Under the pieces are notes generated by a model that was given only the letters and a program-made list of their open reading frames with translations, searched no databases and was not told the origin of the DNA. Shown in pieces: positions 9,496-19,304 of a stretch of 64,000 nt of DNA. Position 1 is the first letter of the stretch, and each line of letters opens with the position of its first letter. Origin of the DNA: Rubripirellula sp. (GTDB lineage: Bacteria > Planctomycetota > Planctomycetia > Pirellulales > Pirellulaceae); assembly GCA_965216875.1 (NCBI GenBank), contig OZ244207.1, forward strand, positions 4,320,001-4,384,000. The letters are read 5' to 3'. The translations under genes and the position numbers were made by a program.

Positions 9496-9801
9496 CAGCT
9501 GTTGCCTTACGAATTTTGGAGGGGATGAACGGTGGAGTGGGTGGAGACTGCAGCCATCCTAGCGCGTTGAAATGCTGGCAAAGCTGAGGCCTGTCGTCAA
9601 GTTGCTTGCCGCTATCCAGCGAACAAAGGGGAGATTAGTTACAGGAAAGGGCCTCCGCCACTCGTCTGATCGCTATAGTTTGCCAGTTTTTGGCTGCGCC
9701 GTGGCGTCGAGCCTTTACCCAGCCCCCACGCTCTGGCGAGCGTCGGTACATTCAAACAAGCCGTTACCAATCCCCAACCGACTGATGAAGAGGATTCCAC
9801 C

Positions 9802-10365
9802 ATGCGATTCGCCCATTCCCTACTCGCCCTTTCCCTCGCCCTTGGAGTATTCAGCACCATGGCTACGGCTGAAGAACACGACTGCGCCCTCAGCTTCAAA
9901 ATGAAATCGATCGACGGCAAAACCGTTGACCTACACGACTACAAAGGCAAAGTCGTCCTGATGGTCAATGTGGCCAGCGAGTGCGGGCTGACCGGCCAAT
10001 ACGAGGGACTGCAAGCGTTGCACGAAGCTCACGCCAAGGATGGGCTCGTCGTGATGGGCTTTCCCTGCAACCAATTCGGCCAACAAGAGCCTGGAAGCGA
10101 CCAGGAAATCAAGCAATTCTGCACAGCTGAATTCCAGGTCACCTTCCCGATGTTCAGCAAAATTGACGTCAACGGCGACAACGCGGCTCCGCTCTACAAG
10201 CACCTGACCAGCCAAGACACCAAGCCAGACGGCAAGGGCAAGGTCGGCTGGAACTTCGCCAAGTTCCTGGTCGACAAAGAGGGCAAGGTCGCCGCCCGCT
10301 TCGCGCCCAACGTCGCCCCCGACGACGCTGAGCTCGTTAAAGCGATCAAGACCGCCTTGAAATAA
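9802..10365 (+). CDS. Glutathione peroxidase family protein (Cys type) with signal peptide
   Basis: VNVASECGLT.QY, GFPCNQFGQQEPG, VGWNFAKFL; GAGGA RBS; N-terminal signal ending ATA. Confidence 0.93.
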   Translation: MRFAHSLLALSLALGVFSTMATAEEHDCALSFKMKSIDGKTVDLHDYKGKVVLMVNVASECGLTGQYEGLQALHEAHAKDGLVVMGFPCNQFGQQEPGSDQEIKQFCTAEFQVTFPMFSKIDVNGDNAAPLYKHLTSQDTKPDGKGKVGWNFAKFLVDKEGKVAARFAPNVAPDDAELVKAIKTALK

Positions 10366-10374
10366 CGTCGGTCG

Positions 10375-10758
10375 GTAGGCCGGAGCCCAACGTAGCTACC
10401 TTCGCCAGAAGGTGGACGAGCTAGCAGGCCGCTTTCCACCACCCCACGCTCTGGCGAGCGTAGCTACGCCAGATTGCACACCCCTCGTTCCCACGGCCCC
10501 CGTGGGAACGCTCTCTTCGCCGCTCCGCGGCCTTCCCCAAAAAGCCCGAAGAGACGTGCCGGATCCGCGTCGCTGTCGCTCCTTGATCCGGCTTACACAA
10601 CTCCACCAAGTGAGCCGTGACCGCGTAAGCGGCCGGGCTTTGATCGCTCTTGCACAAGAGGCGAGGCCCGAGGCCTCACGGCCAGCGGCTCACGGGCCCA
10701 CCCCTCGTTCCCACGGTCCCCGTGGGAACGCTCTCTTCGCCGCTCCGCGGTCTTCCCC
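10375..10758. repeat. Mosaic of REP-like elements including a 60-bp direct repeat
   Basis: D doublet 10392-10467; CACCCCTCGTTCCCACGGyCCCCGTGGGAACGCTCTCTTCGCCGCTCCGCGG at 10479-10538 and 10699-10758; family E 10557-10596; C-like doublet 10610-10693. Confidence 0.85.
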
Positions 10759-10867
10759 TGCGTCCACTCCGCGGCCCCTCGCAATTGCATCGTGCGGTAG
10801 GGGCATCCCGATGGTATCCTGATAAGTGCCCCAAAAACTTGTCTTCTTATCGACGCAGGAATGATTC

Positions 10868-12625
10868 ATGAGCCAGGCGATGCAAGATTTCACTGATCTG
10901 CTTCTAAAGCAGGGAGTGATCAGCCTTGACCAACTCTCCGAGGCCGAGGATGTCGCAAAAAACACCAATGCGGATGTCGGCGATGTCCTGATCCAAATGG
11001 AGTACGCCACCCCAGAAGAGGTCGCCAAAGCGCTCGCCCAACACCACAAAATCCCTTACGTCGACCTGCGATCGGCTCAAATCCCCGACTCGGTGATCGA
11101 ATTGGTCCCCGAATCGGTTGCCCGCGAAAACATGGTCCTGCCCTACAGCGAGGACGAGGGGGCCCTGAGAATCCTGATCGCCGACCCGTTCGACCTCGAA
11201 ACGATCGAAAAACTCCGCTTCATCCTGAATCGGAAGATCGAAACGGCCCTGGCGCCGAAGGAATCGATCCAAGGGGCGATCAACAAGTACTACGGTCAAG
11301 TCGAAGGGGAATCGGCTGACTCGATGCTGCAGGAGTTCACCGACACGGCCATCGACTTCACCGAGACCGACGCGGACGCTGAAGTGGCCGAGGAGACGGT
11401 CGATGACAGCAGCGCTCCGGTCATCCGCCTGGTCAACCTGATGATCCAGGAAGCGGTCCAATTGCGTGCCAGCGACATCCACGTCGAGCCGTTCGAGGAC
11501 CGGGTGCGAATTCGTTACCGAATCGATGGCGTCTGCGTCGAACGCGAATGTGCCCCTCGCCGTATGCTGGCCGCGATCATCGCCCGCATCAAGATCCTCT
11601 CCAAGATCGACATCTCCGAGAAACGACGCCCCACTGACGGGCGGATCAAGATCACCGTTGGCGACAAGCAGCTCGACCTCCGCGTCTCGATCATCCCGAC
11701 CAACCACGGCCAGTCGGCGGTTATGCGTCTGCTGGACAAGGACAACATCAAAGTGGGGGTCCGTCAGCTCGGCCTCTCCGAGCGCGACTTCCGCAACTTC
11801 AACTCGCTCATCCGCCGGCCCAATGGCATCATTTTGGTGACAGGCCCAACGGGGTCGGGAAAGACCACCACGCTGTACGCTGCACTCAATGCTCTCAACC
11901 GCCCCGACCGCAAAGTGATCACGGCTGAGGACCCGGTCGAGTACTACCTGCCAGGCATCAATCAGGTCGAAGTGAAACACAACATCGGCCTCGACTTTGC
12001 GATGATCATTCGGGCCATGTTGCGACAGGCCCCCAACATCATCCTTGTCGGTGAGATGCGTGACCACGAGACGGCTTCCATGGGAATCCAAGCCTCGCTC
12101 ACTGGACACCTGGTATTCAGTACCCTGCATACGAACGACGCGCCCAGTGCTGTATCACGAATGGTGGACATCGGTGTACCATCCTATATGGTCGCTAGCA
12201 GCGTGATTGCGATCCTTGCCCAGCGATTAGTGCGAACGATCTGCCCCCGCTGCAAGGTACGATACACACCACCCGAAACGGTGCTGTCCGACACCGGCAT
12301 TCCACCCGAGATGATCAAGCAAGCCGAGTTCGCCAGAGGCAAGGGATGCGCCTATTGCGGACGCAGTGGCTACCGTGGCCGAATCGGCATCTACGAACTG
12401 ATGCTGATCAACAACAGGATCCGCGAAATGATGTTCAAAGGTGCTAGCACAAACGACCTTCGCATCGAGGCGATAAAGAATGGCATGTCAACACTTTACG
12501 CCGATGGCATGCTGAAAGCTGTCCGTGGGATCACGACCTTTGAAGAGGTCTACCGAGTGGCCAAAAAGACCGAGACCGAGTCACTCGCCTTTTCGCATAT
12601 CGTCAAGGACCTCGACTCGCTGTAG
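10868..12625 (+). CDS. PilB/GspE family assembly ATPase (copy 1)
   Basis: ASDIHVEP, GPTGSGKTTTLY, TAEDPVEY, LRQAPNIILVGEMRD, GHLVFSTLHTN, CPRC...CAYC. Confidence 0.95.
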   Translation: MSQAMQDFTDLLLKQGVISLDQLSEAEDVAKNTNADVGDVLIQMEYATPEEVAKALAQHHKIPYVDLRSAQIPDSVIELVPESVARENMVLPYSEDEGALRILIADPFDLETIEKLRFILNRKIETALAPKESIQGAINKYYGQVEGESADSMLQEFTDTAIDFTETDADAEVAEETVDDSSAPVIRLVNLMIQEAVQLRASDIHVEPFEDRVRIRYRIDGVCVERECAPRRMLAAIIARIKILSKIDISEKRRPTDGRIKITVGDKQLDLRVSIIPTNHGQSAVMRLLDKDNIKVGVRQLGLSERDFRNFNSLIRRPNGIILVTGPTGSGKTTTLYAALNALNRPDRKVITAEDPVEYYLPGINQVEVKHNIGLDFAMIIRAMLRQAPNIILVGEMRDHETASMGIQASLTGHLVFSTLHTNDAPSAVSRMVDIGVPSYMVASSVIAILAQRLVRTICPRCKVRYTPPETVLSDTGIPPEMIKQAEFARGKGCAYCGRSGYRGRIGIYELMLINNRIREMMFKGASTNDLRIEAIKNGMSTLYADGMLKAVRGITTFEEVYRVAKKTETESLAFSHIVKDLDSL

Positions 12626-13302
12626 GCCTGCCCAAAACCACAGGACCAGCCGCATCACCACCGAGCCAACGAAAGCCACCGGCGCGAGCACCACACCCTC
12701 TCGCCTAAGGGGTTCGGCGGCAACACCTCCCGCCTTCGATTTCGCAGTTCGATGGGAGGTCGAAAGGCATGCGAGCCTGACGGACGGGGCGCACTAAGTG
12801 CGCGCTGAAACCGATTTTTGGTCCGTTTTTTTGGACGATGACGCCTGGAGGGCAATAATGTTGCCACTGACCGGGAATCGAAACGGAAAATCATCGCCTA
12901 ACAGCATTGGCTTTCTGTGGTCCCCCCGACCTTGTCTCGAACCGGCCAGAGGAAGTTTGCCACGACGACAAACCCCACCGAGCTCGACCTTATCCTTTTC
13001 GCCGCTCGGTCCATCGCGATATCAAACGATCCATTGGATCTAAACATAAATACACCGTCCTAATCTCATTCACTCGCGCAGCATGACCGCTGCACCTTGC
13101 TTCCACTTTATGTCCCAGTTCCCAACAAGCTCGCCCGCGAGCCTTGCCGGGTGATGTGCCACACCCCATCACAGCGGCATTAGCAAGCAAATCGGCTAGT
13201 GGTTGGTTACATTGTCGAGCCAACCGTGAGATAGCTCACCTTGGATCTGGATGACATTTTGTAGGCGAGCAACACACGCATCACACATAGGAGAGACGCG
13301 CC

Positions 13303-14412
13303 TTGGCCACCGTTCTTATTGACAAGTTGCTGCAGGCAGCCATCAAGCAGGGCGTGAGCGATATCCACATTGTGGTCGGCCAACCGCCAGTGTTCCGTCT
13401 TCACGGACGCATGCGGAAGCTGGAAACCAAGACGCTCGACGCCGAAGACGCTGTGGCGCTGATGAAGAGCATCACGCCGGAGCGTTGCCAACGTGAACTT
13501 CAGGAAGCGGGAAGCACTGACTTTGGCTTCGCATTTGGCGAACAAGCTCGGTTTCGTGTTTCCGTTTTCAAACAGCGCGGCTTCATCTCGATGGTGCTGC
13601 GTCAAATCCCCAACGACAAACTCACGCCCGAACAGCTCGGTTTGCCCGAGGCGGTTGTGAAGATGGTTCACCGGCCTCGCGGATTGTTCCTGGTCACCGG
13701 CCCGACCGGGTCCGGAAAGAGTACGACGCTGGCAAGTTTGATCAACCTGCTCAACGAAACACTCGACCATCACATCATCACGATCGAAGACCCGATCGAG
13801 TTTTACCACGACCATATTCAAAGCACGATCAACCAGCGTGAAGTCGGCGTGGACGTGCCAAGCTTCTCCGAAGCCATTCGCCGTGCGTTGCGGCAAGACC
13901 CCGACGTGATTCTCGTCGGCGAGCTTCGTGACCTCGAAACCATCGAAGCTGCCATTAGTGCTGCGGAAACGGGTCACATCGTTTTCGGCACCCTGCACAC
14001 CAACAGCGCTCAAGGCACGGTCAACCGGATCATCGACGCGTTCCCTGGAAACCTGCAGGACCAGATTCGAACTCAGTTGGCCAGCACGTTGATCGGCGTG
14101 GTCGCACAAACGCTCCTGCCGCGTATCGGTGGCGGCCGATTGGCTGCGTATGAAGTTCTTGTTGTCACGCCCGGCGTTGCCAACCTGATTCGTGAAAACA
14201 AAACGTTCCGAATCAACAGTGCGATGCAGACAGGTGCCAAGTTCGGCATGCAGCTGATGGATGACGCACTCTTTAGCCATTGGCAAAACGAATTCATCAC
14301 GGTTGAAGACGCCCTTTCAAAGGCACATCGTCCTGACGACTTGGCCAAACGCATCGTCCAAGCACGCCGCGGGTTGGCCGATGATCCAATTCCGGTTCCC
14401 GAAGACGAATAG
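13303..14412 (+). CDS. pilT: Type IV pilus retraction ATPase PilT
   Basis: SDIHIVVGQPP, GPTGSGKSTTLA, NQREVG, ALRQDPDVILVGELRD, VANLIRENK; AGGAGA RBS before TTG. Confidence 0.95.
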   Translation: MATVLIDKLLQAAIKQGVSDIHIVVGQPPVFRLHGRMRKLETKTLDAEDAVALMKSITPERCQRELQEAGSTDFGFAFGEQARFRVSVFKQRGFISMVLRQIPNDKLTPEQLGLPEAVVKMVHRPRGLFLVTGPTGSGKSTTLASLINLLNETLDHHIITIEDPIEFYHDHIQSTINQREVGVDVPSFSEAIRRALRQDPDVILVGELRDLETIEAAISAAETGHIVFGTLHTNSAQGTVNRIIDAFPGNLQDQIRTQLASTLIGVVAQTLLPRIGGGRLAAYEVLVVTPGVANLIRENKTFRINSAMQTGAKFGMQLMDDALFSHWQNEFITVEDALSKAHRPDDLAKRIVQARRGLADDPIPVPEDE

Positions 14413-14502
14413 ATCCGGCTGCCGAAGCTGAATCCATAGCCGCCTCAAAACGGCGACCACGAAACAGTTCACCCCAAAACCTCATAAGCACTCCGACAAA
14501 AC

Positions 14503-16215
14503 ATGGCTCCTCGTCGCATCGGACAGATTCTTGTCGACCTTGGTTTTTTGACCGACGACCAACTTGAGGTTGTTCTTGAGGAACAAGAGCAACAGCCAGG
14601 TGCATTGCTCGGCAAGATCGCTGAAGACATGCAGCTGATCACGGATGAACAACTCATCCAGGCGTTGGCCGAGCAGATGTCGATGCAGACGATCTCGCTC
14701 GAAGACATCACGCTTGATGCAGAAGTCTTGGAAAAGGTTTCTGAAACGATGGCTCAGCTTTACCGAATCATCCCGATCAAGTTTGAAAACGACACGCTGA
14801 CCGTTGCAACCTGCGACCCACAAAACCTGACGATCCAAGACGAACTACGTACGTTCCTTGGCTACGAAATCGTGATGATCGTGGCGACCGAACGCGACGT
14901 GCTGCAAACGATCAGTCGTCACTACGACAGCGAAGCCGAGAGTGTCGAAAAACTTGTCGCAGAACTCGCTGCCGACGAAGAACTCAAAGCCGCCATTTCT
15001 GCACTGGAATCGGAAAAGTTCAACATCACCGACGCCGAGGCCCTTGCCGATTCGGCACCCGTGCGAAAGCTGCTCAACATGGTGATGCTGTTGGCGATTA
15101 AAGACCACGCCAGCGACATTCACTTTGAACCGTTCGAAGATGAGTTCCGAATCCGCATCAAAGCGGAAGGCGTGCTCTACGAAATGGTCCCGCCGCCACG
15201 TCACCTCGCCTTCGCGATCACGACGCGAATCAAGGTGATGGCCGACTTGGACATCGCTGAACGCCGTATGCCTCAAGACGGCCGGATCGAACTGATGGTC
15301 GGTGGTCACCCGGTCGACCTTCGCGTCAGCGTGCTGCCGACGATCTTTGGCGAAAGCGTCGTCATGCGGATTTTGGACCGCTCGGTCGTCAACCTGTCGC
15401 TCGAAAATGTCGGGATGGACGAGTCGATGCTCGGGTCCTTCCGAAGTGCGATCGACCGGCCCAACGGAATTGTGCTGGTCACTGGCCCAACGGGAAGCGG
15501 CAAGACAACGACGCTCTATTCGTCGCTTACCGAACTGAATGACATCAAGGATAAGTTGATCACGACCGAAGACCCGGTCGAATACGACATCGATGGCATC
15601 GTGCAGATCCCGATCGATACGGATGTTGGCGTCACGTTTGCCGGTTGTTTGCGAGCGATCTTGCGGCAAGACCCCGACACGATTCTTGTCGGTGAAATCC
15701 GTGACCTTGAAACGGCCGAAATCGCGATCCAAGCCGCGCTAACCGGCCACTTGGTCTTTAGCACGTTGCACACCAACGACGCTCCTTCGACGGTCACCCG
15801 ATTGAAGGACATGGGCATTCAACCGTTCATGATCTGTGCGACGGTCGAAGCAATCCTTGCCCAGCGTTTGGTGCGTCGAATCTGCACCAAGTGCCGCGAA
15901 GAAACCAAAGTCACCACGTCGATGTTGCACGACCTTGGCATGACCAAGGAAGAGGCGGCCGGCAAAAAGTACTTCAAAGGGACCGGTTGCGATCAATGCA
16001 ACAACACCGGCTACAAAGGCCGCATCGCTCTATTTGAACTGATGGTCCTGAACGACAAACTCCGCGAGATGATTCTCAGCAACGCGTCGACCGACGAATT
16101 GCGAGACGAAGCAATGCGGTACGAAATGGTCCCACTGCGCCAGTTCGGAATGTCCTTGGCCGAAGACGGAATCACCACCTTGGATGAGGTGATTCGAGAG
16201 ACGGTGGAAGAATAA
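14503..16215 (+). CDS. pilB: PilB/GspE family assembly ATPase (copy 2) with MshEN-type N-terminus
   Basis: RIGQILVDLGFLTDDQLEVVLEEQ; LDIAERRMPQDGRI, GPTGSGKTTTLY, LRQDPDTILVGEIRD, CTKC...CDQC. Confidence 0.93.
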   Translation: MAPRRIGQILVDLGFLTDDQLEVVLEEQEQQPGALLGKIAEDMQLITDEQLIQALAEQMSMQTISLEDITLDAEVLEKVSETMAQLYRIIPIKFENDTLTVATCDPQNLTIQDELRTFLGYEIVMIVATERDVLQTISRHYDSEAESVEKLVAELAADEELKAAISALESEKFNITDAEALADSAPVRKLLNMVMLLAIKDHASDIHFEPFEDEFRIRIKAEGVLYEMVPPPRHLAFAITTRIKVMADLDIAERRMPQDGRIELMVGGHPVDLRVSVLPTIFGESVVMRILDRSVVNLSLENVGMDESMLGSFRSAIDRPNGIVLVTGPTGSGKTTTLYSSLTELNDIKDKLITTEDPVEYDIDGIVQIPIDTDVGVTFAGCLRAILRQDPDTILVGEIRDLETAEIAIQAALTGHLVFSTLHTNDAPSTVTRLKDMGIQPFMICATVEAILAQRLVRRICTKCREETKVTTSMLHDLGMTKEEAAGKKYFKGTGCDQCNNTGYKGRIALFELMVLNDKLREMILSNASTDELRDEAMRYEMVPLRQFGMSLAEDGITTLDEVIRETVEE

Positions 16216-16298
16216 GCCGTCACCCAACAGACCCAGCACGGAAAACGCACCCGCGGAAAGCCCTAAAGATTAGAGCCTTTTTAATCGGTACCTGAACC

Positions 16299-17738
16299 AT
16301 GCCTACTTATCAATTCGAAGCGATGGACGCGACCGGACAAGAGATCCGGGACGAGATCGACGCGGCCAACGAAGAAGAGGCGCAAACCACCATTCGCCAG
16401 ATGGGATACTTCGTCACGAAGATCTCCGTCAAAAAGCAAGCGGCCGCAGCCGCCGGTGGTAAAGCATCCAAGAAACGCAGCTTTGGCTTCGGTGGTGCCA
16501 AGACAAAACACATCTGCGCGTTTACGCGTCAGCTTTCGATTCTGCAAGACGCCGGCCTGCCGATTCTTCGCAGCCTCAAGATCCTCGAAAACAACCAAAA
16601 GCCGGGCAAGCTTAAAAACGCTCTGATGGATGTTTGCGAAGAGATTGAAGGGGGTGCCACGCTCAGTGAAGCGATGAGTAAATGCCCCAAGGTCTTCACG
16701 CGTTTGTACGTGAACATGATCAAGGCGGGTGAAGCCGGTGGTGCACTCGAAACCATTCTTCAACGTTTGGCCGACTTCCTTGAGCGGGCCGAATCGCTCA
16801 AACGAAAAGTCAAAGGCGCGCTGATCTACCCGATCATTGTTGTTTTGGTTGCTGCGTTGATCCTGACGTTCATCATGATCTTCATCGTGCCAACGTTCGA
16901 AACGATGTTTGATGAGTTCGGCCTGACGCTGCCCGCTCCAACGATCCTGCTGATCGCCATGAGCAACTACATATCGGGCTACTGGTTCTTGCTGATCGCA
17001 ATGCCGATCTGCTTGCTGATCCTGGTCAAGTTGATACGAAAGTTCCGGCATGGGCGGATGGGCTTTGACATGTTCATCATCAAGGTGCCCATCTTCGGGG
17101 GCCTGGTTGAAAAGAACATCTTGGCTCGAACGACGCGAACCCTCGGCACGTTAGTCAGTAGTGGTGTGCCGATTCTGGAAGCGATCAATATCACTCGCGA
17201 AACATCGGGCAACGCAATGTTCGAGCGAATGTTCACGCGGGTGAACGAGTCGATTCGCGAAGGGGAAGTGATCAGCAAGCCGCTGCGTGAATACAGCGTA
17301 CTCGGCTTCCACCCAATGGCATTTGTCTTCTGGGGACTGTTTGGGTCGTTCCCAGGTTGGATCGTTTTGTCGATCGCGCTCACAGCGACGGGCACCAAGC
17401 TTGATGATGGGACGATGGTGCAAACACTCACCATGCTGGCAGGTTACTTGATCGGCGGTGGTGCCTTGCTCGCGTGCCTTTGGGGCATGACCAAAATCAA
17501 ATCACGTGTTGTTGATGACCTCGTCGTCAACATGGTGGACGTCGGTGAAGAGACCGGTGAGCTCGACACGATGCTTTACAAGGTCGCCGACACCTACGAC
17601 GAAGAAGTACGAACGATGACCGATGGTCTGACCGCACTGATGGAACCGCTGATGATCGTGTTCCTCGGCTTGGCAGTTGGTTTCATCGTGATCAGTTTGT
17701 TCATGCCGCTGGTCGAGTTGATCACCGGTTTGACCTGA
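16299..17738 (+). CDS. pilC: PilC/GspF family platform protein
   Basis: FTRQLSILQDAGLPILRSL, YVNMIKAGEAGGALETIL, KVKGALIYP, MVDVGEETGELDTML, LMEPLMIVFLG. Confidence 0.95.
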   Translation: MPTYQFEAMDATGQEIRDEIDAANEEEAQTTIRQMGYFVTKISVKKQAAAAAGGKASKKRSFGFGGAKTKHICAFTRQLSILQDAGLPILRSLKILENNQKPGKLKNALMDVCEEIEGGATLSEAMSKCPKVFTRLYVNMIKAGEAGGALETILQRLADFLERAESLKRKVKGALIYPIIVVLVAALILTFIMIFIVPTFETMFDEFGLTLPAPTILLIAMSNYISGYWFLLIAMPICLLILVKLIRKFRHGRMGFDMFIIKVPIFGGLVEKNILARTTRTLGTLVSSGVPILEAINITRETSGNAMFERMFTRVNESIREGEVISKPLREYSVLGFHPMAFVFWGLFGSFPGWIVLSIALTATGTKLDDGTMVQTLTMLAGYLIGGGALLACLWGMTKIKSRVVDDLVVNMVDVGEETGELDTMLYKVADTYDEEVRTMTDGLTALMEPLMIVFLGLAVGFIVISLFMPLVELITGLT

Positions 17739-17759
17739 TCCCAAACAAGAAAGCGTTGG

Positions 17760-17787
17760 GTCGGCCGAGACGAGGGTCTCGGCCGAC
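17760..17787. other. Perfect 12-bp stem-loop between pilC and the first prepilin gene
   Basis: GTCGGCCGAGAC-GAGG-GTCTCGGCCGAC followed by A-runs on the + strand. Confidence 0.7.
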
Positions 17788-17901
17788 AAAACGAAAAACA
17801 CTCATCCATAAGTCGTCCGTCACTGTTGATGGCGGAGGGCGCGACACGGTTGTCGCGCAAGAAACGCACAGCATCCTTTTCCAAAACGATCGAGTCGAAG
17901 C

Positions 17902-19245
17902 ATGAACGCTAACTCAGCATTGGCACATCAACGACACCTTACGCGGCGCGGTTTCACACTCGTCGAAATCCTGACGGTCATCGTGATCATCGGCATCCTC
18001 ATGGGGCTGCTGATCCCAGCGGCAACCGCGGCCTATCGCAATGCGAAAGAGACTGCGATTCGGACCGAAATCGGCGTCATCGAACAATCCCTCGAGTCGT
18101 ACAAGCTCCAGCACGGTGACTACCCACCTGACTTTTCAGATTGGGGCGCCGTCGATCGCCACTTCCGCAAAGCCTTTCCCAACATCAACGACAACGAATT
18201 GCGAATCCTCGCGCAGTTCACGCACATGAACAGCATGCATCAATTGTGCTCGGCGGCTACTGGGGTCAGCGACCCACGCACGTCGTCCGCCTTTGATCAT
18301 TACCCACACGCGATCGATCGCGCCGAAGCCTTGCTGTTTTGCTTGGGTGGGTTCAGTCGAGACAAGGAGCGACCGTTCACCGGTGCGGGTGGACCGCTGG
18401 TGCTGATCACCGGCGCCGCCGACCCTTACACCTCGACTCCCGCAAACGACGATTACGCCAAGTACCAGTACAACGCCGAGCGCGACGAAGGCTTCCTGCC
18501 CGTAAAGCCCGAACAGCTCAGCATGACACTTTTCGTGGCCAACACAGGACCATTGGCGGCGGGGTACGGCATGAGCGCTCCCTATGTCTACTCAACCGAC
18601 GAGGGCGACACCAACACAAACTCGCTTGGATTCACTCTCTTCAACGACCCGTTCCCAACCTACCGTCCAAAGAACTCAGAGTTGCCGATCGTCTACTTTG
18701 CGTCGCGCACTTACAACTCAGCCTGGGGCATCAACTACTCGAGCGCACCAGCTTGGGCCTCAGCATCAACGGTGCACCACAGCCAAAACGTGTACCTTCC
18801 GCCTGGCAGTATCGACGCAACAGGTGTTGCGCGACCCTATGCGTCAAACGTGGTCGATACAACTCCGCCTGCAACCATTCAAGGTTTCTCAGTGCAGCCA
18901 GGCGGGACGGTCTTGAAGTTTGCTGCGGATGGAAAATTCCAGCTCATCTCTGCCGGTCTCGACGACAACTACGGCGGCATTATCAGTCAAGACATCGGCG
19001 ATCACATGATGGCGCCCGCTGCAACTGGCATCAGCGTCTACCCCAGTGGCGAAGCCTACTGCCCGCTCTTGGATTTCACCTCAACGTCTTACGGAACCTT
19101 CACAACGATCACCGCCGTCAACAAATTCAACGACGACCAAGTGCTCCAGCGGAATTATGCGGCCTCAGCCGTCTACCGCGCCAATCCACAGCTCGACAAC
19201 ATCACAAACTTCACGACACGCACGATCGAATCAGATCTTCCTTAA
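17902..19245 (+). CDS. Large prepilin-type N-terminal cleavage/methylation protein (GspG-like, 447 aa)
   Basis: RRG|FTLVEILTVIVIIGILMGLLIP; LESYKLQHGDYPP; FQLISAGLDDNYG; DNITNF. Confidence 0.9.
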   Translation: MNANSALAHQRHLTRRGFTLVEILTVIVIIGILMGLLIPAATAAYRNAKETAIRTEIGVIEQSLESYKLQHGDYPPDFSDWGAVDRHFRKAFPNINDNELRILAQFTHMNSMHQLCSAATGVSDPRTSSAFDHYPHAIDRAEALLFCLGGFSRDKERPFTGAGGPLVLITGAADPYTSTPANDDYAKYQYNAERDEGFLPVKPEQLSMTLFVANTGPLAAGYGMSAPYVYSTDEGDTNTNSLGFTLFNDPFPTYRPKNSELPIVYFASRTYNSAWGINYSSAPAWASASTVHHSQNVYLPPGSIDATGVARPYASNVVDTTPPATIQGFSVQPGGTVLKFAADGKFQLISAGLDDNYGGIISQDIGDHMMAPAATGISVYPSGEAYCPLLDFTSTSYGTFTTITAVNKFNDDQVLQRNYAASAVYRANPQLDNITNFTTRTIESDLP

Positions 19246-19304
19246 CGCCCGTTGGTTGTCTGTCTGGCCGAGTCAGTCTCTGACCCAGTTGCGGTTTATT
19301 GGTT

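Noticed and set aside
9950..10010. Selenocysteine in the glutathione peroxidase
   Set aside because: The active-site codon is TGC (Cys); there is no in-frame TGA
10375..10758. Possible CRISPR array or IS remnant in the repeat clusters
   Set aside because: No regular repeat-spacer period, no cas or transposase gene; elements are dispersed palindromes
12880..12965. Possible c-di-GMP-I riboswitch (GGCAAAC on the minus strand)
   Set aside because: Lacks the downstream GAAA loop and GACGCAAAGC elements, and is on the wrong strand for pilT
6593..15732. Long antisense ORFs (6593-7726, 10904-12130, 13207-14286, 14845-15732)
   Set aside because: Each lies opposite a clearly conserved gene (aspS, pilB1, pilT, pilB2)
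18339..19283. 314-aa alternative-frame ORF inside the first pilin gene
   Set aside because: Arg-rich, typical of an off-frame GC-rich read; the main frame is intact, so no frameshift is needed
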